A stretch of DNA of 47,894 nucleotides, taken from the NCBI GenBank assembly GCA_036258675.1, contig DATADD010000141.1, positions 1-47,894 on the forward strand, given 5' to 3'. How positions within the stretch are numbered: position 1 is the stretch's first letter; the number at the start of each line of letters is the position of its first letter. Of the stretch, positions 18,407 through 27,622 are shown piece by piece. Both the position numbers and the translations under genes were made by a program. Origin of the DNA: Actinomycetota bacterium. Lineage in GTDB: Bacteria > Actinomycetota > CADDZG01 > WHSQ01. A model generated the notes under the pieces. The model was not told the DNA's origin. It saw nothing but the letters and a program-made list of their open reading frames with translations, and did no database searches.

Positions 18407-18726
18407 CAGCCGGGCTCGATGCGGGGCGCCTCGTCCGGCCGGCGGTCGTCCGCCCCCGGAGCGCCCTTCTCGGGGTCGGGCGCCGCGCCGTCCCGACCGC
18501 CGGCCTCCGCTCCCCGACGCCGGGGGCGGGACGACGCGGGGGGCTCGAGATCTTCGTCGTCGTCGAGCCCGAACTCGAACTCCTCTCGCACCTCGCTGGC
18601 CATCCGCCGGAGGTTGGAAGCCGTCCGGCCCACGGTCCGGGCGATATCCGGGAGCCTTTCCGGCCCGAAGACGATGAGGGCGACGACCGCGACGACGAGG
18701 ATCTCGAGCGGACCTATCGACGGCAT
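18406..18726 (-). CDS. tatA: Twin-arginine translocase TatA/E family subunit
   Basis: MPSIGPLEILVVAVVALIVFGPERLPDIAR, the canonical TatA N-terminus. Stop overlaps the tatC start (TGATG). Confidence 0.9.
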   Translation of the reverse strand: MPSIGPLEILVVAVVALIVFGPERLPDIARTVGRTASNLRRMASEVREEFEFGLDDDEDLEPPASSRPRRRGAEAGGRDGAAPDPEKGAPGADDRRPDEAPRIEPG

Positions 18727-18782
18727 GGGACCAGTCTAGTTAGGCGGTCCCGGCCGCCCACCCCCCGCGTGCGAGCGCCGAG

Positions 18783-19112
18783 TCAGGCGCGGGGCCGCCC
18801 GAGGAGGTCGTCGAGCAGGTCTCCGCGCTCCAGAGCCTCGTGGAAGTCGAGGAGGTCGTCGAGCGTGAACGTCGGTCCGCCGTGAACCTCGAGCGCCTCG
18901 GCGGGGACGTGCACCGGGACCGGGACGACTCCGCCGGAAAGAAGCAAACGGACGATGCGGTCATCCGCGGCCTTCTCGACGAACTGTCCACAGTGCGGGC
19001 AGGTGAAGCCATAGGTGTTGACCGCCTGCGTCGCTCCGATGCGGAGGAGGATGTCCTCGGCAGTGAGGTCAACCTCTCCACACCCGGGGCAAGTGGCCTT
19101 GATCGTCGTCAT
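18783..19112 (-). CDS. Hypothetical small zinc-ribbon protein
   Basis: CPGCGEV...CPHCGQF (CxxC-N31-CxxC) and an acidic C-terminus. First gene of the tatAC-helY string. Confidence 0.6.
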   Translation of the reverse strand: MTTIKATCPGCGEVDLTAEDILLRIGATQAVNTYGFTCPHCGQFVEKAADDRIVRLLLSGGVVPVPVHVPAEALEVHGGPTFTLDDLLDFHEALERGDLLDDLLGRPRA

Positions 19113-19204
19113 CGTCCGGCTCTTTCTCGCTCGGTGCTGCCTGTCGCTTACGCCACCGTTATCGGCCCTGGTCCTGGAAGGTTTAGATACGCAACTTCCG
19201 CAGC

Positions 19205-21325
19205 ATGCCGTGGGAACGCGCGCGTTCGCATGCGCTCAATGAGGGTCGGTCGGCCGCCGACATGACGTCTATGGCGCTGTTCACTCGAGGGCGTGCCGAG
19301 CTTCCGGAGAGCTCGCAGCGGTGGGGCGAGGCGATGGAGGCGGCTCTCGTCGTCAACGACATCGCGTCCTCGGAGCGTCCCCTGAACGACGCGGTGCAGG
19401 ACATGGTCAGCGTCGCGGTCGACCTTCTGGGCGCTCAGCAGGGCTCGATCATGCTGCTCGACGACGGCGGAGGGTCGCTCCTTCTCGTCGCCGCCTCGGG
19501 GCTGTCCGACTCCGTGCCGCTCGGATTCCGCCTCCCGGTCGGAGAGAGCGTCGCCGGCCGCGTGCTCGCCACCGGGCGGCCGCTGCTGCTCAGCGACGTC
19601 GACGCAGACAGCTTCCTCAACTTCGTCCCGAAGTCCCGACCCATCTCCTCGAGCCTCGTCGTCCCGCTGCGCGTTCAGGGCCGGTCGATAGGCGTCCTCA
19701 GCCTGGCGACGTCGGGCGACGCAACCGGGTTCACCGAGGAAGACCTGCGCGTCGCCCAGCTCTTCGCGGACCAGACCGGCGGCCTGATCCATCGGGCGCG
19801 CCTGCACGAGCGCGCCGAGAGGCGCTCTGCCGACCTCCTCGCCCTGGTCGAGTCGAGCAAGGGCCTCGTCGGAACGCTCGATCCCGAGGCCGTGCTCCAG
19901 CGCATCCTCGACGGGGGCGCCCGCCTCACCGGGTCCAAGGACGGCTTCGCCTGTCTCTTCGACCCCGAGAGCGGCGCGGTGGCGCGCGGCGTGTTCCGGG
20001 GGTTCGAAAAGGCGCTCATACGCGACCTGGTGACGGAACCCGAGGTGCGGGCGGTGGTCGCGTCGAGCGCGGTGTCGGCCCTGCCGGGCCGCGGCGGGCT
20101 GGTCGCGACCGGCTTGCGGACCACGAGAGGGACCAACGGCCTCCTCGTGCTCGACCTGGGAGAGCCGCCCGAGCCCGAGCGCATCGACCTCCTGCGCGCC
20201 TTCGCACAGCAATGCGCCACCGCGCTGGGGGCCGCCGAGCTGCACTCGCTCATCGAGCACAAGGAGTCCGAGCTCGCATCGGTCATCGCGGGCGTCCCGA
20301 ACCCCATCGTGCTCGTGGACTCGCGCAACAGGATCGCGGCCGTCAATCCCGCGGCCGAGCAGCTCTTCGGGGTCGCGGGCGCGTTCTCCTTCGGGCTTCC
20401 GATCGGCGGCGCCCTCGGGCACGAAGAGATCGAGGGGATGCTCGAGTCCGAGGGCGACCTCCAGAGCGAGGTCAGCCTCGGCATCCCCCCGCGTACCTAC
20501 CGACTGCGCGTCAAGGATGTGAGGGTGCCCGGCGCGCCGATGGGGCGCGTGCTCATCATGGACGACCTCACAGCGGAGCGGGAGATCGCGCAGACCCAGC
20601 GCGACTTCGTGGCCATGATCGGGCACGAGCTCAGAACCCCGTTGACCATCATCAAGGGGTTCGCGAAGACGGCCCTCAAGACGGTCGCAACCGCGTCGGT
20701 CGAGGACCGGCAGGAGGCCCTCGCCACGATCGACGCCAAGGCGATCCAGCTCGAGCGCCTCATCGAGGACCTCCTCTACGTCTCGAGGATCGAGTCGCGC
20801 GAGGCCGCGCTGCGCGTCGAGGACGTGCACATCGCCACGCTCGTCTCGTCGGTGGGCGAGGAAGTCCTGCACGGCCATGGGGACAGGGAGATCGAGGTCG
20901 AGGTACCCGAGAGGCTGATGTGGCCGTGCGACGAGACCAAGGTCGGCCTCGTCCTGCGCCACCTCCTCGACAACGCGCTCAAGTTCTCCGACCCCCCGCA
21001 GCGCGTGACCGTGCGCGCTACGACCGAGGAGGACGAGCTCTGCATCGACGTGGTCGACGAGGGCCCGGGGCTGCTGTCGAGCGACCTTCCGCACATCTTC
21101 GAACGGTTCCGGCAGGTCGACAGCTCGTCCACGCGCGTCCGGGGCGGCGCCGGCGTCGGGCTCTATCTCTGCGCCCAGCTCGTGCGCGTCCACGGGGGCA
21201 GGATCTGGGTGGACTCCACCTGGGGAAAGGGCTCGACGTTCTCGTTCTCCATCCCCCGGCGCGCCACGACCCGCAAGGTCGTGCGGATGGCGGCCCGTCC
21301 CGCGGCGCGCGCCGGCGGAGCGTAG
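19205..21325 (+). CDS. Cytoplasmic sensor histidine kinase (GAF-GAF-PAS-HisKA-HATPase_c)
   Basis: Two GAF-like blocks, a PAS-like block (VIAGVPNPIVLVDSRNRIAAVNPAAEQLFG), H-box FVAMIGHELRTPLT, N-box LLDNALKFS, G-boxes DEGPGL and GGAGVGL. No TM segment. Start uncertain (19205, 19261 or 19333). Confidence 0.9.
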   Translation: MPWERARSHALNEGRSAADMTSMALFTRGRAELPESSQRWGEAMEAALVVNDIASSERPLNDAVQDMVSVAVDLLGAQQGSIMLLDDGGGSLLLVAASGLSDSVPLGFRLPVGESVAGRVLATGRPLLLSDVDADSFLNFVPKSRPISSSLVVPLRVQGRSIGVLSLATSGDATGFTEEDLRVAQLFADQTGGLIHRARLHERAERRSADLLALVESSKGLVGTLDPEAVLQRILDGGARLTGSKDGFACLFDPESGAVARGVFRGFEKALIRDLVTEPEVRAVVASSAVSALPGRGGLVATGLRTTRGTNGLLVLDLGEPPEPERIDLLRAFAQQCATALGAAELHSLIEHKESELASVIAGVPNPIVLVDSRNRIAAVNPAAEQLFGVAGAFSFGLPIGGALGHEEIEGMLESEGDLQSEVSLGIPPRTYRLRVKDVRVPGAPMGRVLIMDDLTAEREIAQTQRDFVAMIGHELRTPLTIIKGFAKTALKTVATASVEDRQEALATIDAKAIQLERLIEDLLYVSRIESREAALRVEDVHIATLVSSVGEEVLHGHGDREIEVEVPERLMWPCDETKVGLVLRHLLDNALKFSDPPQRVTVRATTEEDELCIDVVDEGPGLLSSDLPHIFERFRQVDSSSTRVRGGAGVGLYLCAQLVRVHGGRIWVDSTWGKGSTFSFSIPRRATTRKVVRMAARPAARAGGA

Positions 21326-21329
21326 ACGG

Positions 21330-22349
21330 CTAGCGGGGCGCGGCTTCGGGGACGGCCTCGTGCGCAACTGCGATCGCGTCCGCGAGGCGGGCCGCGGCCT
21401 CCACGGCGGTGGTGGGCTGCGCCGCGCGCGCCTCGACACCGAGACGCAACAGGACCGTGGCGGCCCAGTGGTCGCTCGATGCCGTCATCTCGACCCGGCG
21501 CCATCCGTCGTCGAGCTCGATCACCGAACGGACGGGGTAGTAGTCGAGAAACCAGCGCGCGACGCCGGGTGAGATCTCGAGCTCGAGGGACCGCTCCCCC
21601 TCCCGGTCGAGGAACGCGCGCGTGTAGCGCTGCGGCTCGAAGCGGTCCGGTGCGGGCGCGTCGGCGTCGGTTACGGTCACCGACTTGACCCGGTCGGTGC
21701 GGAACATGCGCTCCTCCCCCGAGAGGTGGTCGAGGCCGACGAGGTAGGACCGCCCCCAGGCCACGATGAGCGCCCACGGGTCGACCTCTCTCGCCGTGAG
21801 CTCGCCTCGGCTGGCGGACATGTACTCGATCGCCACGCGCCTGCGGCGGGAGAGCGCGTCGCGAAGCCGGGCGAGGTGCGCGGCGGGCCCGGGCAGGATC
21901 CGCATCTCGATGCCGCCCCCGTCCGCGCCCTCCTGGGCCCCCAGGACGTCGCCGAGCTTGGCGAGGGCTCGCTTGAGGGCATCGGCCTCCTCCATGCCCG
22001 GGAGCGCGACGAGGGCCTCTCCTCCGGCATAGAGCGCGACGGCCTCCTCCGGCGTCAGCCTCAGGGGGGCCGCGAAGTAGTCGGCCATGTCGACGAAGAC
22101 CCTGTCCTCGATGATCGCGACGTCGATGAGGTCGCCGGGGCCGTAACCGGGCAGCCCGCAAAGGAACACGAGCTGGAGGTCCTCGACCACCTTCTCGGAG
22201 GAGGCATCGAACCGCTGCGCGAGCTCGCCGACGGTCACGCCCGGGTTGCGGATCGCGTACGGCAGCATCAGCAGGATGCGCCGCAGGCGCCGCTCGAGAC
22301 GCCCGGCCTCCTGCGTCAGCGCGAGCTCTCCGCGACGCGTGGCCTCCAC
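21330..22349 (-). CDS. pafC: WYL-domain HTH regulator, PafC-like
   Basis: ORF 21330..22760 trimmed to GTG 22349. RRILLMLPYAIRNPGVTVGELAQRF..DLQLVFLCGLPGYGPGDLIDV matches the PafC N-terminus. WYL region WALIVAWGRSYLVGLD. Confidence 0.8.
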   Translation of the reverse strand: MEATRRGELALTQEAGRLERRLRRILLMLPYAIRNPGVTVGELAQRFDASSEKVVEDLQLVFLCGLPGYGPGDLIDVAIIEDRVFVDMADYFAAPLRLTPEEAVALYAGGEALVALPGMEEADALKRALAKLGDVLGAQEGADGGGIEMRILPGPAAHLARLRDALSRRRRVAIEYMSASRGELTAREVDPWALIVAWGRSYLVGLDHLSGEERMFRTDRVKSVTVTDADAPAPDRFEPQRYTRAFLDREGERSLELEISPGVARWFLDYYPVRSVIELDDGWRRVEMTASSDHWAATVLLRLGVEARAAQPTTAVEAAARLADAIAVAHEAVPEAAPR

Positions 22350-23284
22350 GGCGCGACGTGGTCGACGAGGGCGCGCCGCAGCTCGGGGGGCGACACGATG
22401 ACGACGCTGCCGCCCCAGCCGATGACCCAGCCCAGCAGGGCGGCGTCGTTGCCCACGGGCATGTCCACGTCGAGGGCGCCGGAGGACGCCTCGGCCGCGG
22501 GCAGGTGCGACAGGTTCTGCTCGGCCCACCAGCGCGCCTCGGGGGCGAACCTCACCGTGGCGCGGCCGACCTCCGAGCCCCCGAACTCCCACGCCTCGCC
22601 CCCGACGGCGCCCGAGACATCGGCGTCCGCAGGGATCTCGTAGCTGCCGTCCGAAGAGGTGAGCTCGGAGATGCGCACGAGCTTGAACGTGCGCCGCTCG
22701 CCGGAGGCTCCGTCCCGGCCCACGAGGTACCAGTGGCCGGCCCGGTGCACGAGGCCCCACGGCTCCACCCGTCGCTGCGACACGCGCCCGCGCGCGTCCT
22801 CGTAGCGGAACGCGACCGGTGTGCGCGCCGTAAGCGCCTCGTAGAGCGACGAGAGATGGGGGTCCTCGACCGCGACGTTGGCGCCGGCGATCGGGCGCGG
22901 CGCGCCCAGCCCCGGTCCCTCCGTTCCCATCGAGAGCTTCAGGAGGCCGGTGCCGGCTCCCTCTCCCGGGCCCAGCAGCGTGTCGACCGCGATGCGGAGG
23001 GCGGCGAGCTCGTCGGGCTCGAGGTCGAGGTCGGGCAGGTAGTAGCGGTCCTTGGGTATGAGGTAGCCCTCGCCCTCCTCGCCGTAGGGCTCGAGCGAGC
23101 GGGTCTCCACCGGCACCCCCATCTCCCGCAGGGCCTGCTTGTCGCGCTCGAAGGAGCGCCGGAACGCCTCCTTGCTCTCCTGGCCGTAGCCGGCGATCCG
23201 GGTCCTGATCTCCTCCGCGCTGAGGGGCCGGCGGGTCTCGAGAAGTGCGGCGACGAGGTTGATGAGCCGTTCGATCCGCGCCAC
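22316..23284 (-). CDS. pafB: WYL-domain HTH regulator, PafB-like
   Basis: GTG 23284. MARIERLINLVAALLETRRPLSAEEI HTH, WYL region PWGLVHRAGHWYLVGRD. Confidence 0.85.
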   Translation of the reverse strand: MARIERLINLVAALLETRRPLSAEEIRTRIAGYGQESKEAFRRSFERDKQALREMGVPVETRSLEPYGEEGEGYLIPKDRYYLPDLDLEPDELAALRIAVDTLLGPGEGAGTGLLKLSMGTEGPGLGAPRPIAGANVAVEDPHLSSLYEALTARTPVAFRYEDARGRVSQRRVEPWGLVHRAGHWYLVGRDGASGERRTFKLVRISELTSSDGSYEIPADADVSGAVGGEAWEFGGSEVGRATVRFAPEARWWAEQNLSHLPAAEASSGALDVDMPVGNDAALLGWVIGWGGSVVIVSPPELRRALVDHVAPWRPRVAESSR

Positions 23285-23330
23285 GGGGCGAGCCTATGTC
23301 GTGGCGGGCGCGCTCGACGCCCCCCGGCGG

Positions 23331-24398
23331 TCAGCCGGTCGCCGCCTCCGCCCCCGCGGCCCCGGCCGCGAGCCACAGCTCCGGGGACTCTCCGACCGCG
23401 CGCCCCATCGACGTAGGGCGCAGGCCGCGCTCCTGGAGCAACGCGAGCGCCGGCGCGCCGTCGCGCTCGACGAGGCGGTGGCGCCCGAGGCCCGCCTCCT
23501 CCACCTGGTCGCGGATGCGCGCCGCCTCGTCCTCCGGAAGGACCGGAAGCACGACCGAGCACGGTTCGCGCGCGGCCACCGACAGGGCGGTGAGCGAGTG
23601 ATGGCTCACGCCTCGGTGGCGGGCGCGCGCGTCGGCGAACGAGATGCGCAGGCACGCCACCGCCCGCCCGGCCAGGGCCGAGGCCGCGTCGAGGACCTGG
23701 CCCTGCTCGAGCGAGGAGAACCCGAGCGCGGTGCCCGTGCCGACCACGCCGGGGCCGGGCGCGACCACGATGACGTCGGCTCCGCCCGCGTGGCGCAGAG
23801 CGACCAACCCGCTGAACACGTTGACCGCCTCGAGATCGCCGCCGAACGCATGGCCGGACGTGCATGTGACGTGGATCAGCCCCGCGTCCGCGAGTCCCTC
23901 GACCAGGTCGCTCCATGCGAGGGGAAGCGACGCACCGTCGGTCATGAGATAGCCGACCCTCGCGCGCGGCATGGCCGCCCCTATCCCGGCAGCCACCCCG
24001 GCCACCTGGCTGTGGAGGCCGCACGCGACCACGGGGACGCCGTCGAGCGACCGCGCCCCCGCGAGGGCCTCGTGGTGCGGAGACGCCTCCTCCTCGGCCG
24101 CCAGCACGTTGAGTTGCCACGGCGTGTATCGCAGCTTGACGACGTGACCCGGGCCCACCGCTCCGGGGCCGGGCCCGTCGAGGTTCCACAGCGCGAAGCC
24201 GGCACCCCCGGTCCCGAGGCCGAGCGCGATCCCCGTCGTGTTGACGACCACCCGGTCCCCGGGACCGACCGGCCCCAGCATCGCGACGAAACCGAACACA
24301 TCGAGCGGCCCCTCGGGCGAGTCGACCTCGAGCCTCACCATGTCGCGGCGCGCCGGGGCGACCGCGTGCACGATGCCGGTCGTGAACTCGGCCATCAC
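23331..24398 (-). CDS. DUF3866 family protein (unknown function)
   Basis: 355 aa. Start at GTG 24398 or ATG 24395, only 7-10 nt after the pafA stop. Recognised by overall similarity to DUF3866 (GIALGLGTGG, VVAPGPGVVGTGT blocks). Confidence 0.8.
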   Translation of the reverse strand: MMAEFTTGIVHAVAPARRDMVRLEVDSPEGPLDVFGFVAMLGPVGPGDRVVVNTTGIALGLGTGGAGFALWNLDGPGPGAVGPGHVVKLRYTPWQLNVLAAEEEASPHHEALAGARSLDGVPVVACGLHSQVAGVAAGIGAAMPRARVGYLMTDGASLPLAWSDLVEGLADAGLIHVTCTSGHAFGGDLEAVNVFSGLVALRHAGGADVIVVAPGPGVVGTGTALGFSSLEQGQVLDAASALAGRAVACLRISFADARARHRGVSHHSLTALSVAAREPCSVVLPVLPEDEAARIRDQVEEAGLGRHRLVERDGAPALALLQERGLRPTSMGRAVGESPELWLAAGAAGAEAATG

Positions 24399-24405
24399 AA
24401 AGGGG

Positions 24406-25758
24406 TCAAAGAGACGAGATCAGCTTCGTGACCCGCTCGTCGGTGCTCCGAAAGGGGTCCTTGCACAGGACCGTGCGCTGGGCCTGGTCGTTGAGCTTGA
24501 GGTGCACCCAGTCGACCGTGAAGTCGCGCCGCTTCCTCTTGGCGGCGCGGATGAACTCTCCCCGCAGCTTCGCCCTCGTGGTCTGCGGGGGCTCGGACTT
24601 GGCGCGGTCGATGTCCTCCTCCTCGCACTTCCGCTCCGCCATCCCCCGGCGCTCGAGCAGGTAGTAGAGGCCCTTCTGCCGGTTGACGTTGTGGTACGCG
24701 AGGTCCATCTGCGCGATGCGGGGATGGGCGAGCGAGAGCCCGTGTCGCGTGGAGTAGTCCTCGATCACCTTGCGCTTCGCGATCCAGTCGATCTGCCGGA
24801 CGAGCGCCTCCTGGTCGTGCTCGAGCTTGTCGATGGCGTGCTGCCACATCGACGCGATGTCCTTGAGGACGAGGTCGTCGCGGCGCTCCACCCACCGCAG
24901 CGCCTTGTCGAGGTATTCCTTCTGCATGTCGAGCGCGGACAGCTCCCGTCCGTTGGCCAAGCGCACGCGCCGGCGGCAGTCCGGGTCGTGCGAGACATCG
25001 CGTATCGCCCGGATCGGGTTCTCGAGCGTCATGTCCCGGATCTGGACGCCCTCCTCGACCATGCGCAGCAGCAGTGCGGTGGCGCCGACCTTGAGGTACG
25101 AAGCCCACTCGTTCATGTTCGAGTCGCCGACGATGACATGGAGGCGGCGGAACTTCTCCGCGTCGGCGTGCGGCTCGTCGCGGGTGTTGATTATGGGGCG
25201 GGACCTCGTCGTCGCCGACGACACGCCCTCCCAGATGTGCTCGGCCCGCTGCGAGATGCAGAACTGAGGTCCGCGCGCCATCTGCAGCACCTTCCCGGCC
25301 CCCGCGTAGATCTGGCGCGTGACGAAGAAAGGGATCATCACCTCGGCGAGCCGCCCGAACTCGCCGTACCGAGAGACGAGGTAGTTCTCGTGGCTCCCGT
25401 AGGAGTTGCCCGCCGAGTCGGTGTTGTTCTTGAAGAGGTAGATGTCGCCGGCTATGCCTTCTTCGCGCAGGCGGGCTTCGGCGGCCCTCAGCAGCCCCTC
25501 CAGGATGCGCTCGCCCGCCTTGTCGTGCACGACGAGGTCGTAGACGGAATCGCACTCCGGGGTCGCGTATTCCGGGTGGGAGCCGACGTCGAGATACAGG
25601 CGCGCGCCGTTCTCCAGGAACACGTTGGAGGAGCGCCCCCACGACACGACCCGGCGGAACAGGTAGCGCGCCACCTCGTCGGGAGACAGCCGACGCTGGC
25701 CCCGGAAGGTGCAGGTGACCCCGTACTCGTTCTCGGTTCCGAAGATGCGCCGCTCCAC
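24406..25758 (-). CDS. pafA: Pup--protein ligase
   Basis: ORF 24406..26127 trimmed to GTG 25758. [51 protein letters not shown]. Confidence 0.95.
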   Translation of the reverse strand: MERRIFGTENEYGVTCTFRGQRRLSPDEVARYLFRRVVSWGRSSNVFLENGARLYLDVGSHPEYATPECDSVYDLVVHDKAGERILEGLLRAAEARLREEGIAGDIYLFKNNTDSAGNSYGSHENYLVSRYGEFGRLAEVMIPFFVTRQIYAGAGKVLQMARGPQFCISQRAEHIWEGVSSATTRSRPIINTRDEPHADAEKFRRLHVIVGDSNMNEWASYLKVGATALLLRMVEEGVQIRDMTLENPIRAIRDVSHDPDCRRRVRLANGRELSALDMQKEYLDKALRWVERRDDLVLKDIASMWQHAIDKLEHDQEALVRQIDWIAKRKVIEDYSTRHGLSLAHPRIAQMDLAYHNVNRQKGLYYLLERRGMAERKCEEEDIDRAKSEPPQTTRAKLRGEFIRAAKRKRRDFTVDWVHLKLNDQAQRTVLCKDPFRSTDERVTKLISSL

Positions 25759-25790
25759 GACCCCAGGATAGGCGACCGGTTCGAGAAGCC

Positions 25791-26483
25791 TCAGAGAAGA
25801 GAGGCCAGCGGTGCGCCGCTGATGCGGGCGAACTTCCGCCGGCCGCGGGTGCGGTCGAGAACCGCAACCTCGAGACCCTCGGGGGGAAGCTCCTTGTCCT
25901 CGACGGTTGCGAGGGCATCCCGGCCGAGGGCGAGCGCCGATCTCATGTCGGGCACGCCGCCGGGGTAGTCGTCCGGGTACCGCTCGCGCAGATGGGTCCC
26001 GAGGGCCTCCGCCTGGCCGCCCATCGCGACCCACCCCGTCTCGTCGCTGACCGATCCGTCGTAGAGGATGTGGAACAGCTCGTTGGTCTCGGTCCTGTCG
26101 CCCACCGCGGCGACGAGGATCTCGCACTCGTACGGCTTGAGCTCTGCTGTGAAGATGTTGCCCAGCGTCTGCGAGTAGGCGTTCGCCAGGGACTTGGCGG
26201 TCACGTCCTCGCGCGAGTAGGCATAGCCCTTGAGGTCCACAAGCCTTATGCCGCCGATGCGAAGCTGCTCGAACTCGTTGAACTTCCCGACGCCCGCGAA
26301 CGCGATCCGATCGTAGATCTCCGAGATCTTGTACAGGGTCGCGGACGGGTTTTCGGCAACGAACAGCACCCCGTCTGCGTACTCGAGGGCGAGGACCGAC
26401 TTGCCGCGCGCGATCCCCTTGCGGGCGTAGTCCGCCTTGTCGCGCATGAGCTGCTCGGGGGATACGTAGTAGGGCATCGGCAT
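25791..26483 (-). CDS. prcA: Proteasome subunit alpha
   Basis: ORF 25791..26723 trimmed to ATG 26483. [45 protein letters not shown]. Confidence 0.95.
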   Translation of the reverse strand: MPMPYYVSPEQLMRDKADYARKGIARGKSVLALEYADGVLFVAENPSATLYKISEIYDRIAFAGVGKFNEFEQLRIGGIRLVDLKGYAYSREDVTAKSLANAYSQTLGNIFTAELKPYECEILVAAVGDRTETNELFHILYDGSVSDETGWVAMGGQAEALGTHLRERYPDDYPGGVPDMRSALALGRDALATVEDKELPPEGLEVAVLDRTRGRRKFARISGAPLASLL

Positions 26484-26490
26484 CGGTGCT

Positions 26491-27360
26491 TCAGCTCTCC
26501 TCGCCCGGGCGACGGACGTCGACGGTGTGGCTCTCGTGCCGCGCGGCGTCGTCGCGCCGCTCGCCGATGAGCTCCTCGAACAGGCCCCGGATCGCGTCCT
26601 CCGGCACCTCGACCATCCCCGACTCCGAGATGGCCGCCACCGTCGGGAAGATGCCTCGCACGAGGTCTGGCCCACCGGTTCCCACGTCCTCGTCCGCCGC
26701 ATCGAAGAGCGCCTCGATCGCAACCTTGACCGCCTCGTCGCGTGTCAGGTCCGGCCGGTAGCGCTTCTTGAGCGAGGAGCGCGCGTCCTTGCCGCCCGAG
26801 CCGGTCGCGTGGTAGTCGTCCTCTTCGTAGCGACCGCCGGCGACGTCGTACTTGAAGATGCGGCCCTGTCCCCGAGCCTCGTCGTAGCCGGCGAACAGGG
26901 GCACGACGACGAGACCCTGCATCGCCGCTGGAAGGTTGGCGCGGATCATCTGGGCCAGCTTGTTGGCCTTGCCCTCGAGCGTGAGGCGGTCGCCCTCGAC
27001 CTTCTCGTAGTGCTCCAGCTCGGTCTGGAAGAGCCGCACCATCTCGATCGCGGGGCCGGCAGCCCCCGCGATCGCGACAGCCGACATGTCGTCGGCCGCG
27101 AACACCTTCTCGATCGAGCGGTGAGCGATCTGGAAGCCCTCGGTCGCCCGGCGGTCTCCGGCCACCACGACGCCATCCGCGTAGCGCAGAGCGAGCACGG
27201 TCGTACCCTCCGGCGCCTCCCGCGGAGCGGACCGGAGGAGCTCCTGCGAGCGCCCGCCCACGAGGTCGCTGAACGACGGCCCCGGCCCGTGCACGGGGCG
27301 CCGCAGCAGGTCGCCCCGGTCGCGCACTTCGTCCACGCCGCCGCCGTCCGCTAGCGACAC
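26491..27360 (-). CDS. prcB: Proteasome subunit beta (with propeptide)
   Basis: GTG 27360. Propeptide ends ...APEG, followed by the catalytic TTVLALRYADGVVVAGDRRAT. Confidence 0.95.
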   Translation of the reverse strand: MSLADGGGVDEVRDRGDLLRRPVHGPGPSFSDLVGGRSQELLRSAPREAPEGTTVLALRYADGVVVAGDRRATEGFQIAHRSIEKVFAADDMSAVAIAGAAGPAIEMVRLFQTELEHYEKVEGDRLTLEGKANKLAQMIRANLPAAMQGLVVVPLFAGYDEARGQGRIFKYDVAGGRYEEDDYHATGSGGKDARSSLKKRYRPDLTRDEAVKVAIEALFDAADEDVGTGGPDLVRGIFPTVAAISESGMVEVPEDAIRGLFEELIGERRDDAARHESHTVDVRRPGEES

Positions 27361-27385
27361 CCGAGGGACGGCCGCAGGAGACGCC

Positions 27386-27568
27386 TCACTCGCCGCCCTT
27401 CTGGACGTACGAGCGCACGAACTCCTCGGCGTTGTCCTCGAGCACCTCGTCGATCTCGTCGAGCAGCTCGTCGATCTCCTGCGTCCTCGCCTCGGAGGTC
27501 GGCTGCTCCTGCGCCTCGGTCTCGCTCGACTCCTTCTGGGGCCGGCTCTTGCGCGTTCGCTCCGGCAT
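27386..27568 (-). CDS. pup: Prokaryotic ubiquitin-like protein Pup (GGE C-terminus)
   Basis: 60 aa, disordered and acidic, ending EEFVRSYVQKGGE. Confidence 0.95.
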   Translation of the reverse strand: MPERTRKSRPQKESSETEAQEQPTSEARTQEIDELLDEIDEVLEDNAEEFVRSYVQKGGE

Positions 27569-27622
27569 GCTTCACCTCGCCTCTGGGTCTCGGGGAACGA
27601 TGGTATACGGCGCGCCGCGCTG

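Noticed and set aside
1893-21439. Very long ORFs overlapping recognised genes in other frames or on the opposite strand. Examples: 1893..3794+ (633 aa), 2083..3657-, 5308..6360-, 6620..9241+ (873 aa), 9427..11574- (715 aa), 14081..17110+ (1009 aa), 14133..16388-, 19148..21439- (763 aa), 19321..21333+.
   Set aside because: Their translations are monotonous Arg/Pro/Gly/Ala strings with no family motifs. Each is paired with a frame encoding a clearly recognisable protein. This is the typical stop-codon-poor shadow ORF of very high-GC DNA.
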